Shown: positions 27,816-35,745, numbered from the stretch's first letter. The stretch: DNA of 60,438 nt from Thermoanaerobaculia bacterium (GCA_046261875.1 JBHENW010000200.1:1-60438), one strand, 5' to 3'. Notes: generated from the sequence alone by a model not told the origin. Numbers and translations: made by a program.

Positions 27816-28595
27816 CTAGTGGAGTCCTTTCTCCCGCTCTTTGGCAGGCAGAATCTCCAGACAGGTGGTCCACCAACCGGTCCGGATCGTTTCGATGAAC
27901 TCGGTGGGGAGACCTTCCCCGGCCATCTCCCGCGCGAGCGCCTCGTGGTCGTAGACGACAGGGACGAACTCGGCGTCGACCTCCGTCCCGAATCGCAGGG
28001 TGGCGTACCAGACGTTCGTATGGCCGTCGTTGGCCGGCCGGCCGAGGACGCCCGCGTTGAGGACGAGCCTCCCGGACGGTAGCCGCCGCTTCCAGTGAAG
28101 GCCCGTGTGGGTGCACACGAGCACGTCGGCCTCGGCGTCGGACAGCAGCTTCTCCAGGAACGGAACCGGAGAAGTCGATTCCCAGAGGAACTCGTTGATC
28201 CTTCGGGGCGACCCGTGGACGAGGAGGACGCGGCGGCGGCCGATCTCCAGCCGGCGGGTCTTCGGCAGGTCGCCCATCCAGACCTTCCACGCGGGCGACG
28301 TCCGCGCCGCCGTGTAGTCATAGGAGATCTGGGCGAACTGGTTGTCCCGCGGATCCGTGTACCCGCAGTGGCAGTCCTCCGCGCCGGAAGAAAGGCTCTC
28401 CTCGTAGTTCCCCTGGATCGCCTCGACGCGGTTGTCGCACAGGATCGGGAAGACCCGATCCGGGTTCGGGCCGAAGCCCCCGAAATCCCCGAGGGCGAAG
28501 ATTCCATCCACGCCGCGGCGCCGGACGTCGTCCACGGCGGTCTCGAGCGCGCGCCAGTTGCTGTAGATGCCCCCGAAGAAAGCGAGGCGGGTCAT
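27816..28595 (-). CDS. Metallophosphoesterase-fold protein with degenerate metal motifs and a CxC motif
   Basis: GGIYSN, LGDFGGFGP, QGNYE, DCHCGY, VHGSP, CTHTG, NAGVLGRP. ATGA overlap with the radical SAM stop. Confidence 0.82.
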   Translation of the reverse strand: MTRLAFFGGIYSNWRALETAVDDVRRRGVDGIFALGDFGGFGPNPDRVFPILCDNRVEAIQGNYEESLSSGAEDCHCGYTDPRDNQFAQISYDYTAARTSPAWKVWMGDLPKTRRLEIGRRRVLLVHGSPRRINEFLWESTSPVPFLEKLLSDAEADVLVCTHTGLHWKRRLPSGRLVLNAGVLGRPANDGHTNVWYATLRFGTEVDAEFVPVVYDHEALAREMAGEGLPTEFIETIRTGWWTTCLEILPAKEREKGLH

Positions 28596-29494
28596 GTGCG
28601 ACAGGTGACCCCGTACTCGTGGCACGTGAAACAGGCGGCATGGCGCAAGGGGAAGGGGCGCAGCGTGCCGGCGAGGTCCTCGCCCATCCGCGCGGCCGGC
28701 TCCTCGATGAGGATCGGACAGACGTAGACCCCTTTGGACGTCACCATCCGGCAGGAGGAGCACTGGAGGTTGGCGGCCTCCTCCTCCGTCAGGTGCCGTC
28801 CGCGCAGGGTCTCCCAGGAAGCGTAAGCACGCAGGCGGCTTTCCTCCGCGCCGATCCGGAAGAGCGAGAGGATCTTCAACCTCGGGCGCGGGAGACCGAT
28901 CGACCGCATCCAACCGAGAAATGCCGCTCGCCCCTCCGCGGTCGCGGCCTCCCCGCACGCTTCCGTCACCGTCACCACCGGGTTCAAGCCGGCTTCGGCG
29001 AGGTTCCGGATACCCGCCAGGATTTTCTCGAAGGTGCCCGCGCCGCGGATCGGGTCGTTGACTTCCGCCGAGTACCCGTCGATCGAAATCCGGATGTCCA
29101 GCGAATACTCACTCGCGTCGGAGAGCCGGCGCAGCCTGCGGCATCTCTCCGGGTTCAGCAGCAGGCCATTGGTCAGGACCGAAGCGGGTCCCTGACGCAG
29201 CGTCTCCTCGAGGATCGGGAGCATCTCCGGGTTCATGAACGGCTCTCCGCCGGTGAAGTAGTACTCGCGCACGCCGAGCGGTATCGCTTCACGCAGCCGC
29301 CCGCGCACCTGTTCGAGCGTCAGCATCGCGTGGTTGTGGTTGGTCGGAGAGCAGGAGATGAAGCAATGCGTGCAGCGCAGGTTGCACAGTGTGCCTGCGA
29401 CCTGGAACCAGAGGGTGTCCAGGGAAAGCGAGGGCACGAACGGGTACGCCTCGTTCTCGAAGCGATTCCGATTGCCGGGAGCGGCGATTTCCAG
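28592..29494 (-). CDS. Radical SAM protein with Cys-rich C-terminus
   Basis: CNLRCTHC (CxxxCxxC), FTGGEPF, SVLTNG, ISIDG, tail CSSC...CP...CFTC...C. Probable CTG start at 29494, 5 nt after AAGGAG. Confidence 0.9.
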   Translation of the reverse strand: MEIAAPGNRNRFENEAYPFVPSLSLDTLWFQVAGTLCNLRCTHCFISCSPTNHNHAMLTLEQVRGRLREAIPLGVREYYFTGGEPFMNPEMLPILEETLRQGPASVLTNGLLLNPERCRRLRRLSDASEYSLDIRISIDGYSAEVNDPIRGAGTFEKILAGIRNLAEAGLNPVVTVTEACGEAATAEGRAAFLGWMRSIGLPRPRLKILSLFRIGAEESRLRAYASWETLRGRHLTEEEAANLQCSSCRMVTSKGVYVCPILIEEPAARMGEDLAGTLRPFPLRHAACFTCHEYGVTCRT

Positions 29495-29552
29495 TGAAGC
29501 TCCTTCCTGGCCGGAAGCCGGTCGTAAAAAACCCGGGGGAACGAAAAGGAAA

Positions 29553-30272
29553 CTAGGCGGCGGCGGGGGGGGCGCGCAGTCCGTTGGGCGTCGCCGCGAC
29601 GCGGCGCTCGACGGGCCGTTGGCGCTTCGGGGGGGGCGCCAGCCGCGCGAGCGCGCCGCGCATCAGCGCGCGCAGACCGCTCCGCGGCTTTCCGCGCAGT
29701 ATCCGTCGCAGCGCGCGGCGGCCGTCCACGTCCGCCAGGCGGGCGATGACGGCGAGGCGTCTTCCGCGGTGCACGAGCCGGCGGGCGAGAGCGGCGAAGA
29801 CGTCCCGGCGGCGCCGGGGGAGCGTCCGCAGAAGGTCGAGGTCTTCGGGCGGCACGGACAAGAGGGACACCCCGCCGTCCGGCGCGGGGCAGAGGACCGC
29901 GTCGCAACCCTCTTCGAGACGCGCAAACGCGGCGGCCAGCCCCGTCGCCGACGGAGCGACGTCTCCTCCGACGATCACGGCGGGGCCCCCCAGCCGCAAC
30001 GCCTGCGCCGCCACGCCCTTCAGACGCTCCCCGAAGGAGGCGCCTCTCTGCAGGATCGCGAGATCCGGCGCGAAGGCCGGCGCGGTCCGGCGCCATCGCG
30101 CCATGTCCTCGGGAGGCGTGGCGAGAACGAGGCGGGCGCCGACCGAATCGGCGGCTCGCGCCCATCCGGCGGCGAACGCCGCAAAAAGCTCCGCCGCTTC
30201 CTGCCTGTCGAATCCCTTCGCGCGCGCCTCGCGGCCCGGCTCCCGCGCAAAGAGGACCACGTAACGGGACAT
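29553..30272 (-). CDS. DUF2064-family (CofC-like/GT-A) transferase
   Basis: VVLFAREP, QRGASFGERL, VIVGGD, VLCPAPDGGVSL, LADVD. Start at 30272 (alternative 30284). Confidence 0.75.
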   Translation of the reverse strand: MSRYVVLFAREPGREARAKGFDRQEAAELFAAFAAGWARAADSVGARLVLATPPEDMARWRRTAPAFAPDLAILQRGASFGERLKGVAAQALRLGGPAVIVGGDVAPSATGLAAAFARLEEGCDAVLCPAPDGGVSLLSVPPEDLDLLRTLPRRRRDVFAALARRLVHRGRRLAVIARLADVDGRRALRRILRGKPRSGLRALMRGALARLAPPPKRQRPVERRVAATPNGLRAPPAAA

Positions 30273-30333
30273 GTTTTCGGTCATCTTACGTCGGCGCGGC
30301 CCCGCCGGATTCCCGTCGCTTTCTCCAGCGCGC

Positions 30334-30360
30334 AAAAGAAAAAGGGCCCCGAAGGGCCCT
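30334..30360 (-). terminator. Rho-independent terminator after trxA
   Basis: Minus strand reads AGGGCCC-TTCG-GGGCCCT followed by TTTTCTTTT. Confidence 0.85.
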
Positions 30361-30381
30361 CCGCGTTTTCCGCAAGGGGTC

Positions 30382-30714
30382 TCAGAGGTTGCGGTCGATG
30401 AACTTGACGAACTCGCCCCGAGGAAGCGCTCCGAGGACCCGGTCCGCGACCGCGCCGCTCTTGAAGAGGATGAACGTGGGAATCGACGTCACCTGGTACT
30501 TCATGGCCACGGCCGTGGACTCATCCACGTTGACCTTCGCGACCTTGATCTTCCCGAGGTACTGCGTCGCCAGGTCGTCCACGATGGGAGCGACCGTCCG
30601 GCACGGACCGCACCAGGGAGCCCAGAAGTCTACGAGAACGGGGAGATCGCTCTTGAGGATGTCCCCCTCGAAGCTCGCGTCCGAGACCAGGTGCACGTTG
30701 GGGCTTTCCGCCAT
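30382..30714 (-). CDS. trxA: Thioredoxin
   Basis: VLVDFWAPWCGPC, KVNVDE, SIPT. Confidence 0.95.
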   Translation of the reverse strand: MAESPNVHLVSDASFEGDILKSDLPVLVDFWAPWCGPCRTVAPIVDDLATQYLGKIKVAKVNVDESTAVAMKYQVTSIPTFILFKSGAVADRVLGALPRGEFVKFIDRNL

Positions 30715-30788
30715 TCAAATTCTCCTTCCTCGGGACCAAATATGCCGGATCCGTGCCTTTGGATTCGGATGGTACAACGCCCCGCGCC

Positions 30789-31244
30789 TCAGATCGCAGG
30801 GAGCGCGCCGGCGGGTTCGGGCTGCGTCTTCTCGCAGCAGCCGGATCCGGGGCCGCAGTGTCCTTCTTCCTCCAGATCTTCCAGCACCGCGTAGACCTCC
30901 CACTCGTTGCCGTCCGGATCGGCGAGCCAGATCTTCTCCTGGAGCGCATAACAGCACGCCGTCAGGGCTTCGATCCTCGGAGACAAGCCGTTCGCCTCGA
31001 GCCGGCGTCGCCAGCCGTGAACTTCGTCGGGCGACCCGACGCGGATACCGAGGTGCGACAGGACCCCGCCCCCGGCCGGCGCCGTGGTGCTGCCCGGCTG
31101 CAGGGCGAGGTGGATTTCCGGGTTGGCCGTCACGAACTTGACGTACCCCGGTTTCTTTTTTGCCGGTTCCCCGAGGAAACGCGAATAGAACAACGTGGAC
31201 TTCTCCAGGTCCCCGACCTGCAGCGAAATGTGAACCCCCGCCAT
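30789..31244 (-). CDS. arsI: ArsI/CadI-family VOC metalloenzyme (C-As lyase-like)
   Basis: VHISL, SHLG, vicinal ACCYA, DPDGNEWE, C-terminal GCC. Confidence 0.8.
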   Translation of the reverse strand: MAGVHISLQVGDLEKSTLFYSRFLGEPAKKKPGYVKFVTANPEIHLALQPGSTTAPAGGGVLSHLGIRVGSPDEVHGWRRRLEANGLSPRIEALTACCYALQEKIWLADPDGNEWEVYAVLEDLEEEGHCGPGSGCCEKTQPEPAGALPAI

Positions 31245-31262
31245 GATGTCCTCCTATCTATA

Positions 31263-31280
31263 GATCGAGAAATTTCGATC
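31263..31280. promoter_or_regulatory. Putative ArsR/SmtB operator upstream of arsI
   Basis: Perfect inverted repeat GATCGA-N6-TCGATC in an AT-rich spacer, matching the ATCAA-N6-TTGAT-type spacing. Confidence 0.6.
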
Positions 31281-31297
31281 AATCGTGGCAAATTTTT

Positions 31298-31657
31298 TCA
31301 GACCGACCGCGCCGTTTCGCTGGCGACGGATGCGAGCGCCCCCTCGTCGCGGCGATAGAACATCCAGCGCCCGCGCTTCTCGGCGATCACGAGCCCGGCG
31401 CGGCGGAGGATCGCGAGGTGGTGCGACGTGGCGGCCTGCGAAAGCCCGATCGCCTCCTCGACGTCGCAGGCGCAGAGCCCGGCCTCACCCGGCGAAACGA
31501 GCGAACAGCAACTCCCGCCGCGCGCGCGAAGCAGGTCGAGGATCCTGAGCCGGGTCGGATCGCCGAGCGCCCGGAAGGCCTGGATCAGGTCCGGTGAAGC
31601 CGAAACGGAGCTCCCCCGGCCGCTTTGGACCGGCAGGCTCCTTCTCATCGAATCCAT
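31298..31657 (-). CDS. arsR: ArsR/SmtB-family metalloregulator
   Basis: FRALGDPTRLRIL, LCACD (alpha3N-type site), SQAATSHHLAILRRAGLV, RGRWMFY, plus an extra SCCS. Confidence 0.88.
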   Translation of the reverse strand: MDSMRRSLPVQSGRGSSVSASPDLIQAFRALGDPTRLRILDLLRARGGSCCSLVSPGEAGLCACDVEEAIGLSQAATSHHLAILRRAGLVIAEKRGRWMFYRRDEGALASVASETARSV

Positions 31658-31659
31658 AC

Positions 31660-31695
31660 ATCTGCATTCTTAGATACGTTCGCGGCCTCTGTCAA
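31660..31695 (-). promoter_or_regulatory. arsR promoter (TTGACA at 31690-31695) with overlapping operator-like repeat ATCT-N8-AGAT
   Basis: Perfect -35 hexamer, 17 nt to TAAGAAT. The inverted repeat at 31660-31675 has the same ATC-N10-GAT spacing as the arsI site. Confidence 0.5.
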
Positions 31696-32380
31696 CCCCC
31701 CTTTTTGGCCGGCTTTTTCTGTGAACGTGGGCGTGGACGCGGCCCCGGACGTGTGCGAGCCCCTCCCGCAGGAACCACGGGACCATGAGGAGCGAGAGGG
31801 CCGGGTCCAGCCACGCGGGCGCGCCGGCGAGGCCGCCGACCATGGCGAGGAGGGTCAGAAAGGAGAGCGCGGAGCAGGAGATCGATTCCTTGGCTTCCGC
31901 CGCGAGGCCTTGGCTGCCGAGCACCCGGGCCGTCCGCCACTTGAGCCATCCGATGATCGGCATGCCGAACGAAGCGAAGATCGTCAGGAAGAGTCCCAGG
32001 ACGCTCTCCTCGGCGTGGCTCCCGGCGGTCAGCTCGTGCACCCCCCGCACGAGAACGTAGGCGGCCAGGAGGAGGAAGGAAACGCCGATCCAGCGGGCGA
32101 GGTTGCGGTCGTGGCGCGCGTGGTCGGTCTCCTCGTCTGCCAGGCGGCGCAGGTGGCGGACGGCGAGAAACGCGGCTCCCCCCTCGATCGCGCTCTCCAC
32201 CGAGAAGGCCAGGAGCGCCAGGCTTCCCGTGCGGATCGCCTCGTAGAGGCCGAGCCCCCCTTCGCCGAAGACGTGCAGAAAGGTCAGCCCGAGGAGCCAG
32301 TACATCCGGCGTCGGAGGGCCTCTTCCCTCGCGGCCGGGGGGGCGATCACAGGGCCCGCCGTCGCGGTCGCGTCTCCCAT
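31670..32380 (-). CDS. Cation diffusion facilitator-like transporter (TM domain only, TMEM163-like)
   Basis: GSLALLAFSVESAIE, six TM segments, LAAEAKESISC, WLDP, His-containing tail. Confidence 0.78.
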   Translation of the reverse strand: MGDATATAGPVIAPPAAREEALRRRMYWLLGLTFLHVFGEGGLGLYEAIRTGSLALLAFSVESAIEGGAAFLAVRHLRRLADEETDHARHDRNLARWIGVSFLLLAAYVLVRGVHELTAGSHAEESVLGLFLTIFASFGMPIIGWLKWRTARVLGSQGLAAEAKESISCSALSFLTLLAMVGGLAGAPAWLDPALSLLMVPWFLREGLAHVRGRVHAHVHRKSRPKRGVDRGRERI

Positions 32381-32439
32381 CCAGCCATTCTATGCAGGCC
32401 CTCGCCGCCGGCCCGCTGCGCGAAATACAATCCCCGGCG

Positions 32440-32805
32440 ATGGCGTTGCCACCAACGATGTTGTGGCGGTTGCGCGTGGCTCGAAGCGCCCGGCTCATCC
32501 TGTGCGTCGCGGCGCTGCTTTCGGTGGCCGGCTCTTTTGGCTTGCACCCCGAGCCGGCCGATTCTTCTTTTCTACCCCTGCCGACCGCGCCCTCCGATGG
32601 ATCGCCGGAGCTCCGCAGAGCGGTCGCCCCGCGGGACAGCTGCATCGCGTGTCTTTCCCAGCGCCCGCACTCTCTCGCCTCGGTCATCGACGCGCCCTCG
32701 GCGCGCATTCGGGTCGTCCCTTACGCGCCCCGGCCGGCGCTTCTCCTTCCCCAGCGGCTCCAAGCCGCGAACCACGAAGGCCGCGCCCCTCCGACCGCCT
32801 CCTGA
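32440..32805 (+). CDS. DUF2946/CruR-like leader protein with CxxC and C-terminal RAPP
   Basis: Hydrophobic N-terminal segment, CIAC (32641-32652), RAPP (32782-32793) just before the stop. TACAAT lies 8 nt upstream of ATG 32440. Confidence 0.72.
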   Translation: MALPPTMLWRLRVARSARLILCVAALLSVAGSFGLHPEPADSSFLPLPTAPSDGSPELRRAVAPRDSCIACLSQRPHSLASVIDAPSARIRVVPYAPRPALLLPQRLQAANHEGRAPPTAS

Positions 32806-32819
32806 CGAGCCGGTCTCGT

Positions 32820-32839
32820 CTTCCGCCCCGCGGCGGAAG
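32820..32839 (+). promoter_or_regulatory. GC-rich hairpin between the RAPP leader and the beta-barrel gene
   Basis: CTTCCGCC-CCGC-GGCGGAAG, perfect 8-bp stem. Confidence 0.5.
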
Positions 32840-32870
32840 GCATTCACGACATTTCGTTACGGGGGGGCCA

Positions 32871-33989
32871 GTGACCAGATCACGCGTTCTTTCCTTTCTC
32901 CTGCTCGCGCTCGCCGCGAGTGCCTTCGCATCCGGGCAGGAGCCCACGCCGACGCCGACACCCACGGCGACACCGGGGCCGGAAGAGACTCCCGCCCAGC
33001 CAACCGGCGCGTCGCCCGCGCCGAACTACTTCAACCCGGCCATCGCCGTGATCGGCAACTTCCTCGGGGTCGCAGGAAAAAACCTGCTCGAGAACCGCGA
33101 TTCCCTCCAGATGCGCGAGTCGGAGATCTCGCTGCAGGCTGTCGTGGATCCCTTCGCCCGCGCGGACTTTTTTGTAGCCGTCACGGACGAGGAGGTCGAG
33201 CTGGAGGAGGGCTTCATCACCTTCACGAGCTTGCCCGCGGATCTCCTCGTCAAGGTCGGAAAGTTCAAGGCGCAGATCGGAAAGGTCAACCTGATGCACC
33301 TGCACCTCCTCCCGTGGGTGGACGTGCCGCTCCCCAACGAGAACCTCATCGGAGGGGAGGAGGGGTGGAACGACGCGGGCGTCTCGGTCGCCCGGCTTTT
33401 CCCGCTACCCGGGGACACTTTTTCCGAGCTCACCTTGCAGGTCTTCCGCGGAAAATCAGAGGGGCTCTTCGACGCGCCCTCCAGGAGCGATCTCGCGTAC
33501 CTCGGCCACTATCGCGCCTACCGTGACTTCGGGGACGATCACAACGTCGAACTCGGAGCCACCTGGGGCCGCGGCTCCAATGGGGCATCCGAGGACGCCG
33601 AGACGACCGTCGAGAACCTCCATCTCGTGTATCGCTGGAAGCCCCTGACGGGACGGCCCTACCGGCAGTTCATTCTCCGAAGCGAGCTCACACGGAGCCG
33701 CCGCGAGCAGCCCGAGGGGCGGCAGAGCGCGCGCGGCTTCTTCGTCGGGGGCGACTATCGGCTGAGCCGCCGGTGGTGGGCGGGCGGACGCTACGAGTTC
33801 GCCGACCGGGCCGACGAAGCGGCGGCGCGGGATCGCGGCGAGGCCGTCACCCTCACTTTCTGGCCGAGTGAGTTCTCTCAGCTCCGGGCCGAAGGGCGCC
33901 GCCGCCGCTACGCGGGAGGCGTGACCGCCAACGAGCTGCTCGTGCAGCTCCAGTTTTCCATCGGCGCGCACGGCGCGCATCCATTCTGA
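32871..33989 (+). CDS. Outer-membrane beta-barrel protein associated with Zn/Mn uptake
   Basis: Signal peptide, Pro/Thr linker, NPAIAVIGNF, ESEISLQAVVDPFARADF, amphipathic strands, C-terminal QFSIGAHGAHPF. GTG start at 32871. Confidence 0.78.
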   Translation: MTRSRVLSFLLLALAASAFASGQEPTPTPTPTATPGPEETPAQPTGASPAPNYFNPAIAVIGNFLGVAGKNLLENRDSLQMRESEISLQAVVDPFARADFFVAVTDEEVELEEGFITFTSLPADLLVKVGKFKAQIGKVNLMHLHLLPWVDVPLPNENLIGGEEGWNDAGVSVARLFPLPGDTFSELTLQVFRGKSEGLFDAPSRSDLAYLGHYRAYRDFGDDHNVELGATWGRGSNGASEDAETTVENLHLVYRWKPLTGRPYRQFILRSELTRSRREQPEGRQSARGFFVGGDYRLSRRWWAGGRYEFADRADEAAARDRGEAVTLTFWPSEFSQLRAEGRRRRYAGGVTANELLVQLQFSIGAHGAHPF

Positions 33990-33997
33990 GGAGCGCC

Positions 33998-34918
33998 ATG
34001 AAGAAAACGGTTTTGATCTGCCTACTCGCCTTCCTGGCCGCCGCGTTCTCCCCGGCCGCCCCGATCCGTGTCGTCACCAGCCTCCAGGACTTCGCCTCGC
34101 TCGCGCAGACGGTCGGGGGCAACCGCGTCGAGACGTTTTCCCTGGCCCGGGGGTATCAGGACCCGCACTTCGTCGAGCCGAAGCCTTCCTTCATCCTGCG
34201 GCTTTCGAAAGCGGACCTCCTCATCGTGGCCGGCCTCGACCTCGAGATTGGATACCTTCCGCCGCTTCTCGACCAGAGCCGGAACGCGAAGATTCGGCCG
34301 GGCGGCCCCGGCCACCTCGACGCCTCCGTCGGATGCGAGATTCTCGAACGACCCCGGGGGGTCGTGACTCGGGCGATGGGCGACGTCCATCCCTTCGGCA
34401 ATCCGCATTACTGGCTCGACCCGTCCAATGGCCGCGTCATCGCTCGCTCGATTGCGTCGCGGCTCATCCAGCTCGACCCGGCCGGCGCCGCGGCCTATCG
34501 CGCGAACCTCGCCGCATTCGAAGCGAAGCTGACGGAAGGCGAGAAGCGGTGGGATGCCGCTCTGGGGCCGTACGCCGGAACCCCGGTCGTGACGTACCAC
34601 AACTCGTGGCCGAATTTCCTCAAGCGCTTTCGGCTCATTGCCACCGGATACGTCGAGCCGAAGCCGGGAGTCCCTCCATCGCCCGCGCACATCGTCTCGC
34701 TCGTCAACCTCATGAGGGAGAAGAAAGTCCGGGTGATTCTCATGGAGCCTTACTTCGACGAACGGACGCCGCGTTCCATCGCATCCCGGACCGGCGCGAA
34801 GCTGCTCACGTTCATCCCGTCGGTCGGGGGCGTCCCCGCGGCGCGCGACTACATCGCGCTCTTCGACTACGACGTGAAGCTGCTGGCGGAGACTTTGCGG
34901 GAGAAGACGGGTCGATGA
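33998..34918 (+). CDS. Metal ABC transporter substrate-binding protein (ZnuA/TroA family)
   Basis: Signal peptide, QDPHFVEPKP, GDVHPFGNPHYWLDP, TYHNSW, EPKPGVPPSPAH. Confidence 0.9.
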   Translation: MKKTVLICLLAFLAAAFSPAAPIRVVTSLQDFASLAQTVGGNRVETFSLARGYQDPHFVEPKPSFILRLSKADLLIVAGLDLEIGYLPPLLDQSRNAKIRPGGPGHLDASVGCEILERPRGVVTRAMGDVHPFGNPHYWLDPSNGRVIARSIASRLIQLDPAGAAAYRANLAAFEAKLTEGEKRWDAALGPYAGTPVVTYHNSWPNFLKRFRLIATGYVEPKPGVPPSPAHIVSLVNLMREKKVRVILMEPYFDERTPRSIASRTGAKLLTFIPSVGGVPAARDYIALFDYDVKLLAETLREKTGR

Positions 34919-35745
34919 CCGTACTCGACGTCCTCCTTCCCGCGTTCGTCGCGGGATTGATCCTCACGGGGATCCACGCCTATCTGGGCGTGCACGTCGT
35001 CGAGCGGGGCGTCATCTTCGTGGACCTCTCGCTGGCGCAGATCGCGGCGCTCGGAGCGACGATCGGCTATCTCTTCGGGTACGACGTGCACTCGGACCGC
35101 GGTTACGTCTTCTCCCTGATGTTCACCTTCATCGGCGCCGCGATCTTCGCCATCACGCGGCCGCGCCACACCACCCGGATCCCGCAGGAGGCCATCATCG
35201 GAATCGTGTACGCCGTCGCGGCGGCCGCCTCCATCCTCGTCATGTCGAAGTCGACGCGGGAGACCGAGCACCTCAAGGAGATGCTCGTCGGAAACGTTCT
35301 TTCGGTCTCCTGGCGGGAGCTCTCCCACATGGCCATGCTCTATGCGGCCGTCGGAGTGTTTCACTGGATCTTCCGGAAAAAGTTCCTGCTCATCTCGATG
35401 AACGAGCAGGAGGCGGTCCGTCAGGGGGTCCGCGTCCGCCTGTGGGACTTCCTCTTCTATGTATCTTTTGGCTTCGTCGTGACCTCTTCGGTGGCGATCG
35501 CCGGCGTGCTGCTCGTTTTCTCGTTCCTGATCGTGCCGTCGGTCTCCGCGATGCTCTTCACCGAGCGCCTGGGGCCCCGGCTGGCGATCGGCTGGACCAT
35601 GGGCGCCATCGTCTCAGCGCTCGGTGTCTATCTTTCCTACCTCCTGGACCTGCCTACCGGAGCCACGATCGTGACGACCTTCGGGGCGGCGTTGCTCCTG
35701 ATGGCTGGCGCCCGCCAGGTTCTGAGTCGGCGGCCCGCGGCATGA
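34915..35745 (+). CDS. Metal ABC transporter permease (ZnuB-like)
   Basis: GIHAYLGVHVVERGVIFVDLSLAQIAALG, GVLLVFSFLIVP, LPTGATIV. ATGA overlap with the SBP stop. Confidence 0.88.
   Translation: MTVLDVLLPAFVAGLILTGIHAYLGVHVVERGVIFVDLSLAQIAALGATIGYLFGYDVHSDRGYVFSLMFTFIGAAIFAITRPRHTTRIPQEAIIGIVYAVAAAASILVMSKSTRETEHLKEMLVGNVLSVSWRELSHMAMLYAAVGVFHWIFRKKFLLISMNEQEAVRQGVRVRLWDFLFYVSFGFVVTSSVAIAGVLLVFSFLIVPSVSAMLFTERLGPRLAIGWTMGAIVSALGVYLSYLLDLPTGATIVTTFGAALLLMAGARQVLSRRPAA

Noticed and set aside
27478-29494. Selenocysteine in the radical SAM or AhpD-like protein
   Set aside because: No in-frame TGA at Cys positions. The terminal TGAs overlap or abut the next start, and the missing Cys in QEPYC is a GAG codon.
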